Shown one piece after another: positions 30,701 through 32,000 of a stretch of DNA of 32,000 nt (its first letter is position 1; each line of letters opens with the position of its first letter). Made by a program: the position numbers and the translations under genes. Under the pieces are notes generated by a model. The model was given only the letters and a program-made list of their open reading frames with translations, ran no database searches and was not told the DNA's origin. This stretch comes from Trichodesmium erythraeum IMS101 (lineage in GTDB: Bacteria > Cyanobacteriota > Cyanobacteriia > Cyanobacteriales > Microcoleaceae), in contig NC_008312.1 of the NCBI RefSeq assembly GCF_000014265.1, positions 2,670,001 to 2,702,000 on the forward strand, read 5' to 3'.

Positions 30701-31785
30701 GACAAAGGTCGGCCTCCCACCGGAAAATTAGTAGCTGAACCAAAACTACCGTCACCTTTTCCCAATAACACTGATACGTTGTCATCCCGATAGTTCGCCA
30801 CAGCCAGATCAGGAATGCCATCTCCATTAAAATCTCCTGCTGCTACTGACACAGGTCGGTCTCCCACCGGAAAATTAGTAGCTGAACCAAAACTACCGTC
30901 ACCTTTTCCTGATAACACTGATACGTTGTCTGACCCGTCGTTCGCCACAGCCAGATCAGGAATGCCATCTCCATTTAAATCTTCTGCTGCTACTGACGCA
31001 GGTCCGTCTCCCACCGGAAAATTAGTAGCTGAACCAAAACTACCGTCACCTTTTCCTAATAACACTGATACGTTGTCTGAAGAAAAGTTCGCCACAGCCA
31101 GATCAGGAATGCCATCTCCATTAAAATCTCCTGCTGCTACTGAATATGGTCCGTCTCCCACCTTAAAATTACGAGCCTTCTCAAAATCAACCTTTTCACT
31201 AGCCTCAACCTCAACCTCAACACCCCCGACCCAAATATCTACCCGATCATCCTGACCCCGAAGCATCATCACCTGAAACTGAGTCAACTCCTCACCCCTC
31301 ACCAAAGCAGCCAATAACTCACCCTCATCTCCAGGGGAGTCCGACTCAGACAACTGAGAGTCCAAAAAATGCCCCAACTCCTCCAACAGCACATCCACCA
31401 AAACCCCATCAGTATCAGGCAATAAAGAATCAGCCAAATAAATTGAACCAGTCAAAGGATCATAGGCACCCACCGCCGGCTCCATATCCGCCGCCGGCAA
31501 CATAATAACCTCCGGCAAATTTTCCCCAGTCAAAACATCCTTTATCTGCTCCTTTGCCAGCTCCGGGTCCACAGTTTCACCAAAAGCCGTTTTAATATAG
31601 TCATCGAACTCCGGGGCCAAGATAAAATCAGCCAATTCGTCACGAACCTCACCCCAGGCACCTTGTATCATCGGGTCTGTAACCTCAGGGTTCGAGTCAG
31701 CCCCAGGGAGATAGTGGACATTTAGGGATGTCTCATCTGGTTCCTCGGGAAATAAAGAATGGTCATCTGGAGAAAATTCGTCCAT
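27763..31785 (-). CDS. Giant repeat protein (1340 aa): acidic N-terminal module, 7 FG-GAP/VCBS repeats, 6 Calx-beta domains, C-terminal PPC (pre-peptidase C-terminal) domain
   Basis: Seven 49-aa units 'NFPVGDGP.SVA.GDFNGDGIPDLAVAN...DNVSVL.GKGDGSFGSAT' span aa 206-540. Six ~111-aa units 'ISIGDAK.TEGN...F.V.L.N.S.QTVKVNY.T..G.A..G.DF....G.LTF.PGE..K...IPI.GD...E..E.F.V.LS' span aa ~547-1213 and fit Calx-beta. The C-terminal 'DYFRFEVEKEGLVTIFVD...LYGEDESFL...LEKGVYYLKVFS...DYNVSI' fits a PPC domain. Confidence 0.9.
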   Translation of the reverse strand: MDEFSPDDHSLFPEEPDETSLNVHYLPGADSNPEVTDPMIQGAWGEVRDELADFILAPEFDDYIKTAFGETVDPELAKEQIKDVLTGENLPEVIMLPAADMEPAVGAYDPLTGSIYLADSLLPDTDGVLVDVLLEELGHFLDSQLSESDSPGDEGELLAALVRGEELTQFQVMMLRGQDDRVDIWVGGVEVEVEASEKVDFEKARNFKVGDGPYSVAAGDFNGDGIPDLAVANFSSDNVSVLLGKGDGSFGSATNFPVGDGPASVAAEDLNGDGIPDLAVANDGSDNVSVLSGKGDGSFGSATNFPVGDRPVSVAAGDFNGDGIPDLAVANYRDDNVSVLLGKGDGSFGSATNFPVGGRPLSVAVGDFNGDGIPDLAVANWVDDNVLVLLGKGDGSFGSATNFPVGDGPISVAVGDFNGDGIPDLAVANRWNDNVSVLSGKGDGSFGSATNFPVGDDPFSVAVGDFNGDGIPDLAVANGGDDNVSVLSGKGDGSFARRTNFPVGDGPASVAAEDLNGDGIPDLAVANYWDDNVSILINKTPITIIPNITISDTKLTEGNTNKTAKFNVTLDNPTTTTVKVNYTTANQTAQVNQDYKLTKGTLTFRPGETNKNITVPILGDNRDEPEEKFRVDLSRPQNANIKDGRATGTIVDNDPVPQISIGDAKITEGNRGHKNMEFEVKLNNPSGKTVKVNYGTQEGSAKSGKDFQNKRGVLTFQPGQTKKIVSIPIFGDRVDENNEQFQVKLSGAENGNFSDNTAVGKIIDNDQVSQISISDAKTVEGNRGQKNMEFEVRLNNPSSQTVKVNYTTVDGNAKSGKDYQKKSGVVTFKPGETKKSINISILGDTFYENTELFEVKLTRAQNAELPADPRKQYGAAIILDNDELPKISIGDAKMTEANRGKKNMEFAVRLNNPSDQTVKVNYASVDGTAKSGKDFQSQKGVVTFKPGETKKTVNIPILGDTLVENTEQFQVKLSRAKNAELSDSQAVGRIQDNDQPPQISISDAKVTEANRGEKNMKFEVTLDNSSAQTVKVNYETINGSAKAGEDFQKKKGVLTFKPGERKKTVNVPILGDLVDENNENFQVKLSDAKNGKLSDEKAVGRIIDNDISPQISIGDARVTEANRGEKNMKFEVKLDNSSSQTVKVNYETINGSAKAGEDFQKKKGVLTFKPGETKKTLNVPILGDTVYEKNEKFQVKLSGAKNAKLSDADAKAVGIIRDNEKPVPEVFKDAVDMGVLELKQTSSRDNIGFPVGPVDRNTEDYFRFEVEKEGLVTIFVDSFIQNLGIELYGEDESFLNQSNEEDIAIEKIQTTLEKGVYYLKVFSIGSGRTDYNVSINIVES
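28147..30147 (-). repeat. Coding tandem repeat, ~333-336 bp x 6 (Calx-beta domains)
   Basis: Six homologous protein units. The two C-terminal units share an 84-nt perfectly identical run (28286-28369 = 28622-28705). Confidence 0.9.
30166..31170 (-). repeat. Coding tandem repeat, 147 bp x 7 (FG-GAP blades)
   Basis: The anchor GCCACAGCCAGATCAGGAATGCC recurs at 30209, 30356, 30503, 30650, 30797, 30944 and 31091, an exact 147-nt period. Confidence 0.95.
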
Positions 31786-31844
31786 GGGAAATTTAGAGTA
31801 TAGTTTGACTAAATATTATAATAGCTGACTTGAAATTTGAAAAG

Positions 31845-31901
31845 GTGTTAGGTGGCAGGTTTTTAGTTTTTGGTTTTTGGTTTTTGATTTTTGATTTTAG
31901 A
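31845..31901. repeat. Single GTGTTAGGTGGCAGGTTTTTAG seed followed by six TTTTTRR heptamers
   Basis: 31845-31866 matches the unit and left edge of the 27347-27615 array. It is followed by TTTTTGG x2, TTTTTGA x2 and TTTTAGA. It lies about 60-115 nt upstream of the giant gene's start codon. Confidence 0.85.
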
Positions 31902-32000
31902 TGTGAATAATATTATATTTATGACCAAAATAAAAATGAACTAAGTAGCTTTTTACCCTCAGAAAAAAACTGGGAAATAATAAATAAGCTCAATAGATAA

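Noticed and set aside
30227-31255. Two long + strand ORFs (188 and 146 aa; PSPLKSPTATE... repeats) opposite the FG-GAP region
   Set aside because: They are antisense shadows of the 147-bp coding repeat. Their periodicity mirrors the minus-strand blades, they have low-complexity P/S/T composition, and the minus-strand reading has clear domain homology.
31369-31386. Zincin HExxH metalloprotease motif in the N-terminal module of the giant protein (LEELGH)
   Set aside because: The first histidine is absent (E-E-L-G-H), so this is not a canonical zinc-binding motif. It is only noted as a conserved-looking segment.

Overview
AT-rich chromosomal window from a cyanobacterium, most likely a filamentous Nostocales-type genome. 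The HIP1 octamer GCGATCGC occurs 16 times by my count, heptamer tandem repeats sit in intergenic DNA, and cyanobacteria-typical genes are present (petP, csaB, a DUF2499/DUF3593 pair). Left to right: dnaJ (3' end), a tusA-like gene and rsgA; a truncated SDR epimerase pseudogene; a very AT-rich dual methyltransferase convergent with csaB; the DUF2499 and DUF3593 membrane proteins; an orphan 547-aa SWIM zinc-finger protein. Then comes a gene graveyard of about 3.3 kb (9.1-12.4 kb) holding a heavily disrupted katG, a GC-rich structured non-coding island, AT-rich palindromes and a decayed HEPN/DUF4209-like gene. After that: a CruA-like 686-aa flavoprotein; another apparently decayed gene with 42-bp repeats; an orphan DUF1537 acid-sugar kinase; petP; hisF; tRNA-Ala(GGC) with a near-consensus promoter; a J-domain/TPR/polytopic membrane protein; fmt; an IS5-family transposase stub; nadK. 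The most unusual locus is at the right end. An ATP-grasp::SMP-30/gluconolactonase fusion enzyme (740 aa) lies directly downstream of a leaderless 1340-aa protein built of 7 FG-GAP blades, 6 Calx-beta domains and a PPC domain. The two genes are separated by a 14-nt G-rich tandem array (17 regular copies) whose core recurs upstream of the giant gene. I saw no CRISPR array, rRNA, prophage or intact mobile element. At least five independent gene remnants in 32 kb point to ongoing genome erosion. All family assignments rest on motif recognition by eye; no searches were run.
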